The position numbers and the translations under genes are program-made. The notes below the pieces were generated by a model. It did no database searches and had not been told where the DNA came from. It worked only from the letters and a program-made list of their open reading frames with translations. A stretch of DNA of 64,000 nucleotides from Herminiimonas sp. (GTDB taxonomy: Bacteria; Pseudomonadota; Gammaproteobacteria; Burkholderiales; Burkholderiaceae_D): the NCBI GenBank assembly GCA_043762325.1, contig JAYUMU010000175.1, forward strand, positions 37,083-101,082. Direction: 5' to 3'. Each line of letters opens with the position of its first letter. Position 1 is the first letter of the stretch. This document shows, piece after piece, positions 28,120 through 37,044 of this stretch.

Positions 28120-28932
28120 TCAGTGACGGTTGGCATGCGGCTGCTCGAATTTTGCCCGATATTCGGGATGTTCGCGCAGGGTTGCAAAACACAAGCCGCG
28201 CGCCTGCAGGCCGGCGATCAACGGCTCCAGCACCGCCGGCGCCCACGGGTCATGGCGCGACCAGATGCCGAGGTGGGCGATGAAGATGTCGCCATCCTTG
28301 AGATTGTCCAGTGCGCGCTTGAGCAAGGCCGCATTCGATACCTTCTCGCTCGACAGTTCGTCGCCGGAATAACCGGCCGCAGCCCACGCCACGTGCGCGT
28401 AACCGCAAGCCGCGCCGGCAGCTTTCAGGTTCGGCGTCAGGCGCCCGCCGGGCGCGCGCCAGAGCGGATCGAGCCTGTGCCCGGTCAGCTGCAGGAAGCG
28501 CTGGTCGACCCGGCGCAATTCGTCGCAATACTGTTGCGGCGTCCAGGTCAGGAGCTTGCCGGCATTCTCGCCGAACTGCGGCCTGACCACGATCCTGCCA
28601 TCGGGCAGGTCGCGCTGCACGTACACATGGTCGAAGGTGTGGCTGCCGAACGCATGGCCTTCCGCCGCCCGCGCCTTCCAGAAGGCACCCCAGGATGGAT
28701 CGAGCGAATAGTCGCCGTTGACGGTCTTTTCGCTGGCCAGGAAAAAACTCGCCCGAATGGCATGCCGCTTCAAAGTCTGCGCGATGAACTCGGCCTGCGA
28801 CTGGCTGCCGGTGTCGAAGGTCAGATAGATCGTGCCCTTGCAGATTGCCGGACGCTCCGGGGCGGGTGCGGCCGCCGCGCCGGCAAGCGTCGAAAGTGCC
28901 AGCAGCGCCAGCGGGAATTTCAACCGCGACAT
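28120..28932 (-). CDS. Polysaccharide deacetylase (NodB-homology) family protein, secreted
   Basis: ORF 28120..29031, with the start placed at ATG 28930-28932 and a signal peptide (MSRLKFPLALLALSTLAGAAAAPA). NodB motifs: IYLTFDTGS (variant of TFDDG) and FGSHTFDH (H-S/T-xxx-H). Confidence 0.8.
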   Translation of the reverse strand: MSRLKFPLALLALSTLAGAAAAPAPERPAICKGTIYLTFDTGSQSQAEFIAQTLKRHAIRASFFLASEKTVNGDYSLDPSWGAFWKARAAEGHAFGSHTFDHVYVQRDLPDGRIVVRPQFGENAGKLLTWTPQQYCDELRRVDQRFLQLTGHRLDPLWRAPGGRLTPNLKAAGAACGYAHVAWAAAGYSGDELSSEKVSNAALLKRALDNLKDGDIFIAHLGIWSRHDPWAPAVLEPLIAGLQARGLCFATLREHPEYRAKFEQPHANRH

Positions 28933-28993
28933 CCGCAGCCTTGGCGCAGGCGCTGCCGGCTGCCGGCCTGCGCTGCGCTCGAGTTCCTGCAGT

Positions 28994-30061
28994 TCAGAGG
29001 CGGGCTGCATTGTTGATGAAGTAGACGCCATGCGGCGAGCGCCCGACCGGAATCAGCTTGATCACCTTGCGCGAAGCGATGTCGATGACCGCCACCTTCT
29101 TTATCCAGCGCAGCGTGACCCACAGCGTCTTGCCGTCTTCCGTCAGTTCCATGCAGTCCGGCCCGCCCGGCACCTTGATGGTGCCGATGTTTTCCAGCGT
29201 CTGCTGGTCGATGATGTTGATGGTGTTGGCAATCCGGTTCGAGACGAAGGTGCGCCGCTTGTCGCCAAGCGAGCGGAAATTATGCGCGCCCTCGCCGGCC
29301 TTGATCTTCTTGACGGTCTTGCGCGCGCGCCAGTCGATGACTTCGACATAATCGCTGCCCATGATGCCGACCAGCAGGTACTTGTCGTCCGGCGTCATGG
29401 CGATGCCTGCCGGCAGGTTGCCCACCGGGATGGTCCACTTCACCGTCTGTGTCGCCAGGTCGACGGCGCTGATTTCGTTGCTGCCCTGCTGGGTGATGAA
29501 GGCTGTCGTGCTGTCGGCGGAAAAGGCCATGTGGCTGGGCATCTTCGGCAGCGGCAGGCGCTTGGCAAGCTTCAGGTCGGTGCCGTCGTAGCGATAGATG
29601 TCGATGCGGTCCAGGCGCAGGGCATTGGCGATGAACCATTTCTGGTCCGGCGAAAAACCGATCTGGTACGGGTCGATGATGTCCTTGATGCGGCGCTGTA
29701 TGTCGCCGGTCTTCGGATCGAGGAAAATCAGCTCGTTGCCGGTGGCGCTGGCGACGATGAGCGACTTGTTGTCGGGCGTTGCCATCAGGTGATGCGGCTC
29801 CTTGCCGACCGGCACCGAGCGAATTTCGGTATAGGTCGCCTGGTCGAGCAGGCTGATGGTGGCGTCGCCCGAGTTGAGCACCACGACCACGTTGGCTTGC
29901 GCCAGGTGCGGCGCCAGCATGCCGGTGCAGGCCGCCAGCATCAGCAGGCCGGCAGGCCCTGCGCAAGCGACGCGCCGGCCGAAGTCATGCAAACGGGAAG
30001 CTGCGCGCGCGGCAGCGGCGAACACGGCGGCGGCGCCGTTATTGACAAAATGACTAGACAT
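28994..30061 (-). CDS. YncE/YVTN-type beta-propeller repeat protein, secreted
   Basis: ORF 28994..30088, with the start placed at ATG 30059-30061. A long signal-like N-terminus ends in ...APHLAQA. Repeated about 40-aa units follow (ISLLDQATYTEIRSVPVGKEPHHLMATPD; LIFLDPKTGDIQRRI; ISAVDLATQTVKWTIPVGNLPAGIAMTPD; VEVIDWRARKTVKKI; INIIDQQTLENIGTIKV; VAVIDIASRKVIKLIPVGRSPHGV). Confidence 0.75.
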   Translation of the reverse strand: MSSHFVNNGAAAVFAAAARAASRLHDFGRRVACAGPAGLLMLAACTGMLAPHLAQANVVVVLNSGDATISLLDQATYTEIRSVPVGKEPHHLMATPDNKSLIVASATGNELIFLDPKTGDIQRRIKDIIDPYQIGFSPDQKWFIANALRLDRIDIYRYDGTDLKLAKRLPLPKMPSHMAFSADSTTAFITQQGSNEISAVDLATQTVKWTIPVGNLPAGIAMTPDDKYLLVGIMGSDYVEVIDWRARKTVKKIKAGEGAHNFRSLGDKRRTFVSNRIANTINIIDQQTLENIGTIKVPGGPDCMELTEDGKTLWVTLRWIKKVAVIDIASRKVIKLIPVGRSPHGVYFINNAARL

Positions 30062-30304
30062 GAATTCCGTTCGTGATATGCCTTGCACACAGCATGCGCG
30101 CAGGCTGACAGTGACGACTTATTTTACCGCGCGTGCGACGGATGCACCGCTCTTATTGCCTTGATAAAACATCAAGCAGGCCGCATGCACCGGCATCCGG
30201 CTGACGACCTTCCGCACGCGTGACATCGGAGTGTTGCCACACGAAAAAGTGCCGCGGCCCTGCTACAATCATGCGCAATCAACCGCTCATATAAAAGGAA
30301 CATC

Positions 30305-30661
30305 ATGGCAACCGTAATGACTGCAACCGGCCTCGAATACGAAGACAAGATCGTCGGTGAAGGCGCCGAAGCGAAAGCCGGCGACCACGTCTCCGTGCAT
30401 TACACCGGCTGGCTGCGCAATGCCGACGGCAGCGCCGGCAAGAAATTCGATTCCAGCAAGGACCGCGGCGATCCTTTCGAGTTCCCGCTGGGCGCCGGTC
30501 ATGTGATCAAGGGCTGGGACCAGGGCGTGCAGGGCATGAAGGTCGGCGGCGCACGTACGCTGATCATACCGGCAGCGCTTGGCTACGGTGCGCGCGGCGC
30601 CGGCGGCGCGATTCCGCCGAATGCGACGCTGATATTCGATGTGGAACTGCTGGCGGTCTGA
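30305..30661 (+). CDS. FKBP-type peptidyl-prolyl cis-trans isomerase
   Basis: ORF 30305..30661. VHYTGWL.....KFDSS.DRG.PFEFPLGAGHVIKGWD.GV.GMKVGG.R.L.IP..LGYG.RGAGG.IPPNATL.F.VELL is canonical FKBP. Confidence 0.9.
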   Translation: MATVMTATGLEYEDKIVGEGAEAKAGDHVSVHYTGWLRNADGSAGKKFDSSKDRGDPFEFPLGAGHVIKGWDQGVQGMKVGGARTLIIPAALGYGARGAGGAIPPNATLIFDVELLAV

Positions 30662-30696
30662 TCTCGTCCGTCGACCTATTGATCACCGGAGCGCAC

Positions 30697-30951
30697 ATGT
30701 CCCTGCAGACCGCATTCGACGCCGCGCAGGCAGCGTCGAAGAATCTTCCGGAGCGTCCTGACAACCTGACGCTGCTGGAACTCTACGCATTGTTCAAGCA
30801 GGCAACCGCCGGCGACGTCAGCGGCGAGCGGCCTGGTTTCACCGACATGGTGGGCCGGGCGAAATTCGATGCCTGGAACGGCGTCAAGGGCCTGTCGAAA
30901 GAGGCGGCAATGCAGCAATACATCGACCTGATCGCCGGCCTGCAGGAGTAA
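30697..30951 (+). CDS. Acyl-CoA-binding protein
   Basis: Start at ATG 30697 within ORF 30679..30951. LELYALFKQATAGDVSGERPGFTDMVGRAKFDAWNGVKGLSKEAAMQQYIDLI matches the ACBP signature (YKQAT.GD, KWDAW). Confidence 0.85.
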   Translation: MSLQTAFDAAQAASKNLPERPDNLTLLELYALFKQATAGDVSGERPGFTDMVGRAKFDAWNGVKGLSKEAAMQQYIDLIAGLQE

Positions 30952-30984
30952 AGGCCGGCGCGGGTTCAGGTGTGGCAGCGCGCT

Positions 30985-31284
30985 TCAGGCCCCCGGGCGC
31001 GATGCAAAAACCTTGGTCATGTTTTCGCTGACCTTTTCCTCGATCTGGGCGGCAAAGGCCTTGAGCATGAAGCCCAGCGTGATGTCGAGCTGCGCCTCCT
31101 GGCCCTGCAGCACCAGGGTGCCGGAGACGCCGCTGCGCTTGAAGCTGAGCACGTCCCCCTCCCAGGCGCAGGCCATCTCGAATTCACTGGTCATTTCGTC
31201 GGCCACCTTTTCAGCGGCGGCACGGGCTTTGCCAGTGCTGAGCTGGTGCGTCTGGCGAATGCTGATGTCGGCCACCTCAGGCAC
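30985..31284 (-). CDS. Small polyhydroxyalkanoic-acid-system family protein (PHA_gran_rgn-like)
   Basis: ORF 30985..31284 with a GTG start overlapping the ghrB-like stop by 8 nt. (M)PEVADISIRQTHQLSTGKARAAAEKVADEMTSEFEMACAWEGDVLSFKRSGVSGTLVL...LDITLGFMLKAF resembles, from memory, the TIGR02610-type family. Confidence 0.6.
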   Translation of the reverse strand: MPEVADISIRQTHQLSTGKARAAAEKVADEMTSEFEMACAWEGDVLSFKRSGVSGTLVLQGQEAQLDITLGFMLKAFAAQIEEKVSENMTKVFASRPGA

Positions 31285-32272
31285 CTTGCCGCAGGGTCAG
31301 GTCGACCGCCGCATTGAGCAGATTCGGCGGCACGGCACCCGACAAGGCGGCAATCAGGTTGGCCGCCGCACAGTTGGCCATCGCGCGTCGCGTCGCCTCG
31401 CTGGCGCTGCCGATGTGGGGCGTGAGCACGACGTTCGACAGGCTCAGGAAAGCGGGATTCAAGGCCGGTTCGTTTTCGAACACGTCCAGGCCGGCGCCGG
31501 CGATGCGGTGCGCGCGCAAGGCGTCGATCAGCGCGGCATCGTCGACGATGCCGCCGCGGGCGATGTTGACCAGGATTGCCGTCGGCTTCATCAGCGCCAG
31601 CTCGGCGCCAGCAATGGTGTGATGCGACTGCGCCGAATACGGCAGCACCAGCATCACATGGTCGGCCGTCTTCAGCAGTTCGTCCTTGCCCACATAACGG
31701 GCATTGTTCGCATGCGCTTCCTGCTGCGGCGTCAGGCGCGAACGGTTGTGATAGATCACCTGCATGTCGAAGCCCATCGAGCGGCGCGCGATTGCCTGGC
31801 CGATGCGACCCATGCCGATGATGCCCAGGGTCGAGCCGTGAATGTCGGCGCCCAGCAGGCCGTCATAGGTCCATTTCTTCCAGTTGCCGGCGCGCAGCCA
31901 GTGCTCCGACTCGGTGATGCGGCGGGCTGCCGCCATCAGCAATGCCCAGGCCATGTCGGCCGTGGTCTGGTTGAGCACGTCCGGCGTGTTGGTCACCATC
32001 ACGCCGGCGGCCGTGGCTGCATCGACATCGATGTTGTTGTAGCCCACTGCCATGTTGCAGATGGCTTTCAAGCGCGGCGCGGCGGCAATTGTCTCTGCCG
32101 TCATGCGCTCGCTGCCGGTGATGAACACGCCGTCCTTGTCGCGGATTTTTTCGGCAAGCTCGGCGGCGCTGTAGATGCGGTCCTCCTGGTTCGATTCCAC
32201 CTCAAAGGTTGCGGCGAGCCGTTCGATCACGTCCGGAAATACGGCGCGGGCTATCAGGATTTTTGGACGCAT
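31277..32272 (-). CDS. D-isomer-specific 2-hydroxyacid dehydrogenase (glyoxylate/hydroxypyruvate reductase GhrB-like)
   Basis: ORF 31277..32272. NAD site GIIGMGRIGQAIARR, catalytic block LVNIARGGIVDD and TPHIGSAS. Confidence 0.85.
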   Translation of the reverse strand: MRPKILIARAVFPDVIERLAATFEVESNQEDRIYSAAELAEKIRDKDGVFITGSERMTAETIAAAPRLKAICNMAVGYNNIDVDAATAAGVMVTNTPDVLNQTTADMAWALLMAAARRITESEHWLRAGNWKKWTYDGLLGADIHGSTLGIIGMGRIGQAIARRSMGFDMQVIYHNRSRLTPQQEAHANNARYVGKDELLKTADHVMLVLPYSAQSHHTIAGAELALMKPTAILVNIARGGIVDDAALIDALRAHRIAGAGLDVFENEPALNPAFLSLSNVVLTPHIGSASEATRRAMANCAAANLIAALSGAVPPNLLNAAVDLTLRQGA

Positions 32273-32281
32273 GGTCTTGGC

Positions 32282-33694
32282 TCACTTATCGGTAAAAGAG
32301 CTGGTGTGGGAATGGCGGTAAGGGTTGCGGGAGGGATTGCGGGAACCATCGGTGTCCGGCGGCGGCGGCTGCACGCTGCCGGAAGCATGCGACGCCTTGA
32401 AACCGAGGCCGCCCTGCATTTTAAGGCCTGAGCCGGCATCGCGTCGATCCGGCGCCGCCTGCCCAGGCCGTTGCAGTGGCGGCGGATGCCAGCCAAGCAG
32501 CAGCAGCATGACGGCAAAGCCGACCGGATAGGCCAGCGCCACGTGCCAGCCATGGCGCAGCCACTGTCGCACCGATTTTGCCTGCGGATAGCGGTTGGCA
32601 ACGGCCACGCCGGCAGACGAGCCGAACCACAACATCGAGCCGCCGAAGCCGACCGCATACGCCAGCATGCCCCAGTCGTAACCACCCTGCTTCAGGGCCA
32701 GCGCCGTCAGGGGAATGTTGTCCAGCAGCGCAGACAGGTAGCCCACTGCCAGCGTGTTCTGCCAGGATGCCGGCGGCAGCTGCCTGACCGGCATCATCGA
32801 AGCGCACCAGACCAGCGCCAGCAGGAAGATCGCGCCTTGCAGCGCATTCGGCAGTTCGGCCCAGTCGGGCCGGCGCCATGGCGCCGTCAGCAGGATGCCG
32901 GCCCAGAGCGCAGCGGCGAGAAACGGGAAGGCGTCCACATGCTGGCGGTAATACAGGTTCGCCAGCAGGTTGGTCAGCAGCACCAGCAACAGGATAGCGG
33001 CGACGATTGCCAGGCGCGGTGTATCCAGGCGCAGCCCCGCCGGTGCCTCGGCGGCAAGCGGTGAAAAGGCCTGCTGCTGGCGCGACGCCGGAATCGCCGT
33101 CACCAGCAGGGCCACGCCGGCGGCCACATAGCCGGGTAGCACCTGCAGCGGCCCGACGCCGGCAATCCACATCATGGTGGTGGTGGTGTCGCCCAGCACG
33201 CTGCCGACGCCACCGGCATTTGCACAGGCCACCAGCGAAGCCAGGAAACCGACATGGATGCGACCGCGAAAGATGACCCGGGCAATCGCCGCGCCGATGA
33301 CTGCTGCCGCAATGTTGTCGAGCACCGAGGACAGCACGAAGACCGCCACCAGCAGCAGGAAGGCGCCAGGTGCGCCATCGGGCAGGTACTGCGGCAGCAG
33401 TTCGGGCAGCGCGCTTTTCTCGACATGCCGTGCCAGCAAGGCAAAGCCCAGCAGCAGGCCCAGCAGATTTGCCAGCAATACCCATTCGTGGGCCGCGTGG
33501 GCGAGCAGCCCGCCGCCGCCTGGCCCTTCGGCAAACGGCGACAACGCCAGCTTGTAGGTCGTGATGACGGCTGCCCCGGCCAGCGCCATGACGGTGGTGT
33601 TCCAGTGCAGTAAAGCCACCGCCAGCAGCAGCACGCCGAACAGAAAAAATTCAATCGGCAGGCCGCCCACCACCGGCCCCGAAAAAACCGTCAT
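32282..33694 (-). CDS. ArsB/NhaD/CitMHS-like (ion-transporter superfamily) permease
   Basis: ORF 32282..33694, 470 aa, about 11-12 hydrophobic helices. Two re-entrant-type motifs are present: LSSVLDNIAAAVI and LSALLDNIPLTALAL. About 70 aa of low-complexity C-terminal tail follow. The start ATG overlaps the SBP stop (ATGA at 33691-33694). Confidence 0.75.
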   Translation of the reverse strand: MTVFSGPVVGGLPIEFFLFGVLLLAVALLHWNTTVMALAGAAVITTYKLALSPFAEGPGGGGLLAHAAHEWVLLANLLGLLLGFALLARHVEKSALPELLPQYLPDGAPGAFLLLVAVFVLSSVLDNIAAAVIGAAIARVIFRGRIHVGFLASLVACANAGGVGSVLGDTTTTMMWIAGVGPLQVLPGYVAAGVALLVTAIPASRQQQAFSPLAAEAPAGLRLDTPRLAIVAAILLLVLLTNLLANLYYRQHVDAFPFLAAALWAGILLTAPWRRPDWAELPNALQGAIFLLALVWCASMMPVRQLPPASWQNTLAVGYLSALLDNIPLTALALKQGGYDWGMLAYAVGFGGSMLWFGSSAGVAVANRYPQAKSVRQWLRHGWHVALAYPVGFAVMLLLLGWHPPPLQRPGQAAPDRRDAGSGLKMQGGLGFKASHASGSVQPPPPDTDGSRNPSRNPYRHSHTSSFTDK

Positions 33695-34908
33695 CGCATC
33701 GCCGCTGCCGGCCGCTGTGTCCTGACCCAGGCGTCCGGCGGCAGGTAGGCGCGGCCGTCCGCATAGTGCCAGTCGCGCATCTGCACGTGGCCGTCACGAT
33801 AGTCGAGGCGGCCGACCCAGGTGCCCATCGTCGATTGCTGATCGATCGCCCGGAAGCCGATGGTGCCCACCGGTGTCGGCAACTGCAGGTTGCGCAGCGC
33901 GGCCACCAGCTTTTCGGACTCGGCCGTGCCGGCAGCCTTGACGGCAGCAGCGACCGTCTGGATCAGCATGTAGCCCACCAGCGAGCCGAGCCGTGGTGCG
34001 ACATGGTAGCGGGCCTGGTAACTGGCAATGAAGCGGGACTGCTCGGCCGTGCGCATCTGATCGACCGGATAGCCGCTGACCAGCCAGCCACGGCCGGCGC
34101 CGTCGCTGAAGGCTTCCAGATTCTCCGGTTCACCGGCCAGCATCGACACCACCGAGACGTCATCGAAGAGCCGCTCGCGCTGGCCTTCGCGCACGAAGCC
34201 GGCAAGGTCGGCGCCGAAGACGGCATTGAAGATCGCCTGCGGCCGGGCCTTGCGCAACGCCGCGACGGTCGAAGGCGCGTCGAGCTTGCCCAGCGCCGGC
34301 CATTGTTCGGCCACGAACTGCACGTCGGGGCGACGCGCCTTCAACAGCTGCTTGAAGCTGGCCACGGCGCTCTGGCCATATTCGTAATTCGGCGCCACCG
34401 TCGCCCAGCGCCTGACCGGCAGCTTGGCCGCTTCCTCGACCAGCATCGCCGCCTGCATGAAGGTCGACGGCCGCAACCGGAAGGTGTAGCGGTTGCCCTT
34501 GTCCCAGGTAAGCGAGTCCGACAAGGGCGCGCCGGCGATGAAGACCTTCTGGTTCTGGCTGGCGACGTTTGCCACCGCCAGTCCGATGCCGGAAAGATAG
34601 GTGCCGATCAGGAGATCGACCTGGTCGCGCACGATCAGGTTCTGCGCCACCAGAACAGCCTGCCGGCGCTCGCCGCCGTCGTCGCGCGACAGCACTTCCA
34701 GCAGGCGGCCGTTGACGCCGCCGGCGGCGTTTATTTCCTCGAGTGCCAGTTGCCAGCCGTTACGGTAGGCATTGGCAAAGGCCGGCGCGCTCGAGTAACT
34801 ATTGATTTCGCCGATGCGCACCGGTGGCAGTGCTTCTGCCCTGCTTGCCTGGATGCTGCCGAATAGCAGGCAGATGCCGATGGCCAGGGACAGCGTTTTC
34901 CTGCTCAT
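33691..34908 (-). CDS. Type I periplasmic binding protein (LivK/Peripla_BP_6-like), orphan
   Basis: ORF 33691..34977, with the start placed at ATG 34906-34908 and a signal peptide (MSRKTLSLAIGICLLFGSIQASRA). IGEINSYSS...GWQLALEEINAAGGVNGRLLEVLSRDDG...VDLLIGTYLSG is typical of branched-chain/amide-type SBPs. Confidence 0.85.
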   Translation of the reverse strand: MSRKTLSLAIGICLLFGSIQASRAEALPPVRIGEINSYSSAPAFANAYRNGWQLALEEINAAGGVNGRLLEVLSRDDGGERRQAVLVAQNLIVRDQVDLLIGTYLSGIGLAVANVASQNQKVFIAGAPLSDSLTWDKGNRYTFRLRPSTFMQAAMLVEEAAKLPVRRWATVAPNYEYGQSAVASFKQLLKARRPDVQFVAEQWPALGKLDAPSTVAALRKARPQAIFNAVFGADLAGFVREGQRERLFDDVSVVSMLAGEPENLEAFSDGAGRGWLVSGYPVDQMRTAEQSRFIASYQARYHVAPRLGSLVGYMLIQTVAAAVKAAGTAESEKLVAALRNLQLPTPVGTIGFRAIDQQSTMGTWVGRLDYRDGHVQMRDWHYADGRAYLPPDAWVRTQRPAAAMR

Positions 34909-35330
34909 GCATGCCTCTTTGTCTGAACGGATATACTTGCTGGTGTGGTGACGAAGGGCGCAACCGACCGCATGCACCTACCGGCTGCAGCAGATGACCG
35001 CATTCGCCTGCAACCGGCGGCGATCTGCCGTGCGCATGCGATGGCGGTTCAGCGTTCGCATTTGCTTATTCGGATTCTGTCTAAATGCGGTTTGTCGGAC
35101 CATCTGTTTTGCCTTAAAATACAAGGCTTTGCGGTTGGCAGCGTGCGCCGTTGCAGTCATTTTACACGTGCCTTCACGACCATATGCCGGTTGTTGGCCG
35201 GGCAGATCCCGAGGCACCGGAAATCCGGTCTTCCGGCATGCACGGCAAGGGCTCGCGCAAGCGCCCACGCACCGCCCGGCACCTGCCGATCGTCGCCCGG
35301 AATTTTTCCGAAAACAGAGATAGGACCGTT

Positions 35331-35654
35331 ATGACCCATGTTGTGACCGAATCCTGCATCCGCTGCCGTTACACCGACTGCGTTGATGTATGCCCGGTGG
35401 ATTGCTTCCGAGAGGGGCCGAATTTCCTGTCCATCGATCCGGACGAATGCATCGACTGCGCCGTCTGCGTTGCCGAATGCCCGGTCAATGCCATCTATGC
35501 CGAAGAGGACGTGCCGGCCGACCAGCAGGATTTCATCAAGCTCAACGTCGAGCTCTCGCGCAAGTGGCCGTCGATTACCAAGACCAAGGCGGCGCTGGCC
35601 GACGCCGATCAATGGAAAGACGTGCCACAGAAACTGCAGTTTCTCGCGCGCTGA
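35331..35654 (+). CDS. fdxA: 7Fe ferredoxin (Azotobacter type)
   Basis: Start at ATG 35331 within ORF 35151..35654. MTHVVTESCIRCRYTDCVDVCPVDCFREGPNFL.IDPDECIDCAVCVAECPVNAIY has the canonical cysteine pattern. Confidence 0.9.
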   Translation: MTHVVTESCIRCRYTDCVDVCPVDCFREGPNFLSIDPDECIDCAVCVAECPVNAIYAEEDVPADQQDFIKLNVELSRKWPSITKTKAALADADQWKDVPQKLQFLAR

Positions 35655-35708
35655 TTGCGCCTGGCGTCACTGCGCATTTAACCCTTCATTTTGGAAACCG
35701 ATCGCCGT

Positions 35709-36776
35709 ATGACTACCAGCCTTCTCAATGCAACCGCCCCGATCGAAACCGATGCCGTGATCGTCGGTGCCGGACCGGTCGGCCTGTTCCAGGTGTTCGA
35801 ACTCGGCCTTCTGGAAATCAAGGCGCATGTCATCGACTCCCTGCACAGCGTTGGCGGCCAGTGCGTCGAGCTGTATCCGGACAAGCCGATCTATGACATC
35901 CCGGCAGTGCCCGTCTGCACCGGCCAGGAGTTGACCGACAACCTGTTGAAGCAGATCGAGCCGTTCGGCCCGACCTTTCACCTGAACCAGGAAGTCTCGC
36001 TGGTGCACCGGCGCGACGACGGCCGCTTCGATCTGGAGACGTCGCTCGGCACCCGCTTCATCACCAAGACCATCTTCATCGCGGCCGGGGTCGGCTCGTT
36101 TCAGCCACGTACCATCAAGGTCGACGGCATCGACCAGTTCGACGGCACGCAGCTGTTCTACCGCGTCAAGGACCCGGTGCAGTTTCACGGCAAGAACCTG
36201 GTGATCTGCGGCGGCGGCGACTCGGCGCTCGACTGGGCCTTGAACCTGGTCGGCAAGGCCGAATCGGTGGTGATGTTGCACCGGCGCGACGAATTCCGTG
36301 CGGCACCGGCATCGGTGGCGAAGATGAAGCAGCTATGCGACGACCTGGAAATGCAGCTGCTGGTCGGCCAGGTCACCGGCTTCGAGACAGCGGCCGACGG
36401 CCGGCTTGCGCAAATCAAGGTCACGGCCTCGGACGGCGTCACGCGGCGCATGCCGCTGGATCACCTCCTGGTGTTCTTCGGCCTGTCGCCCAAGCTCGGC
36501 CCGATTGCCGACTGGGGCCTGGAGATCGAGCGCAAGCAGCTCAAGGTCGGCACCGAAAAGTTCGAAACCAACGTGCCGGGCATTTTCGCCGTCGGCGACA
36601 TCAACACTTATCCCGGCAAGAAAAAACTCATCCTCTCGGGCTTCCACGAAGCGGCGCTTGCCGCCTTCGGCGCGGCGCCGTATATTTTCCCGGACAAGAA
36701 GATTCACATGCAGTACACGACAACGTCGCCAAAACTGCACAAGATTCTCGGCGTCGAAAGTCCGGTGTTCGACTAG
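35709..36776 (+). CDS. Ferredoxin-NADP(+) reductase, thioredoxin-reductase-like type
   Basis: Start at ATG 35709 within ORF 35691..36776. FAD site [13 protein letters not shown], then [19 protein letters not shown](P) site [12 protein letters not shown], and GDINTYPGK. Confidence 0.85.
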   Translation: MTTSLLNATAPIETDAVIVGAGPVGLFQVFELGLLEIKAHVIDSLHSVGGQCVELYPDKPIYDIPAVPVCTGQELTDNLLKQIEPFGPTFHLNQEVSLVHRRDDGRFDLETSLGTRFITKTIFIAAGVGSFQPRTIKVDGIDQFDGTQLFYRVKDPVQFHGKNLVICGGGDSALDWALNLVGKAESVVMLHRRDEFRAAPASVAKMKQLCDDLEMQLLVGQVTGFETAADGRLAQIKVTASDGVTRRMPLDHLLVFFGLSPKLGPIADWGLEIERKQLKVGTEKFETNVPGIFAVGDINTYPGKKKLILSGFHEAALAAFGAAPYIFPDKKIHMQYTTTSPKLHKILGVESPVFD

Positions 36777-36792
36777 ATTCGATCGAGAGGGC

Positions 36793-36826
36793 CAGCCAGT
36801 CGCCTGCCGACTGGCTGCACGGCTTT
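36793..36826 (+). terminator. Possible terminator after the ferredoxin-NADP reductase gene
   Basis: 10-bp stem CAGCCAGTCG (36793-36802) / CGACTGGCTG (36808-36817) with a 5-nt loop. The T-run (cttttg) is separated from the stem by 6 nt, so this is not a textbook intrinsic terminator. Confidence 0.35.
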
Positions 36827-37044
36827 TGCAAGCACTGCAAATTTGTTGAATTCAAACAACTATCGCGGCGTTTGCCCGTAATTGAGACGCGCGCTGCCGC
36901 TTGCTGTGCATAATGGCGTCTACGGGGTTCAGGAATATTCAGTAATATTTGCGTTTTTTTGAACAAATATGAATTGATGCATTGCAGCAATTTGCATTTC
37001 CCTGCAGAATCCCGTTTCTATCGAACCCCCATCAAGAGGCTCAC

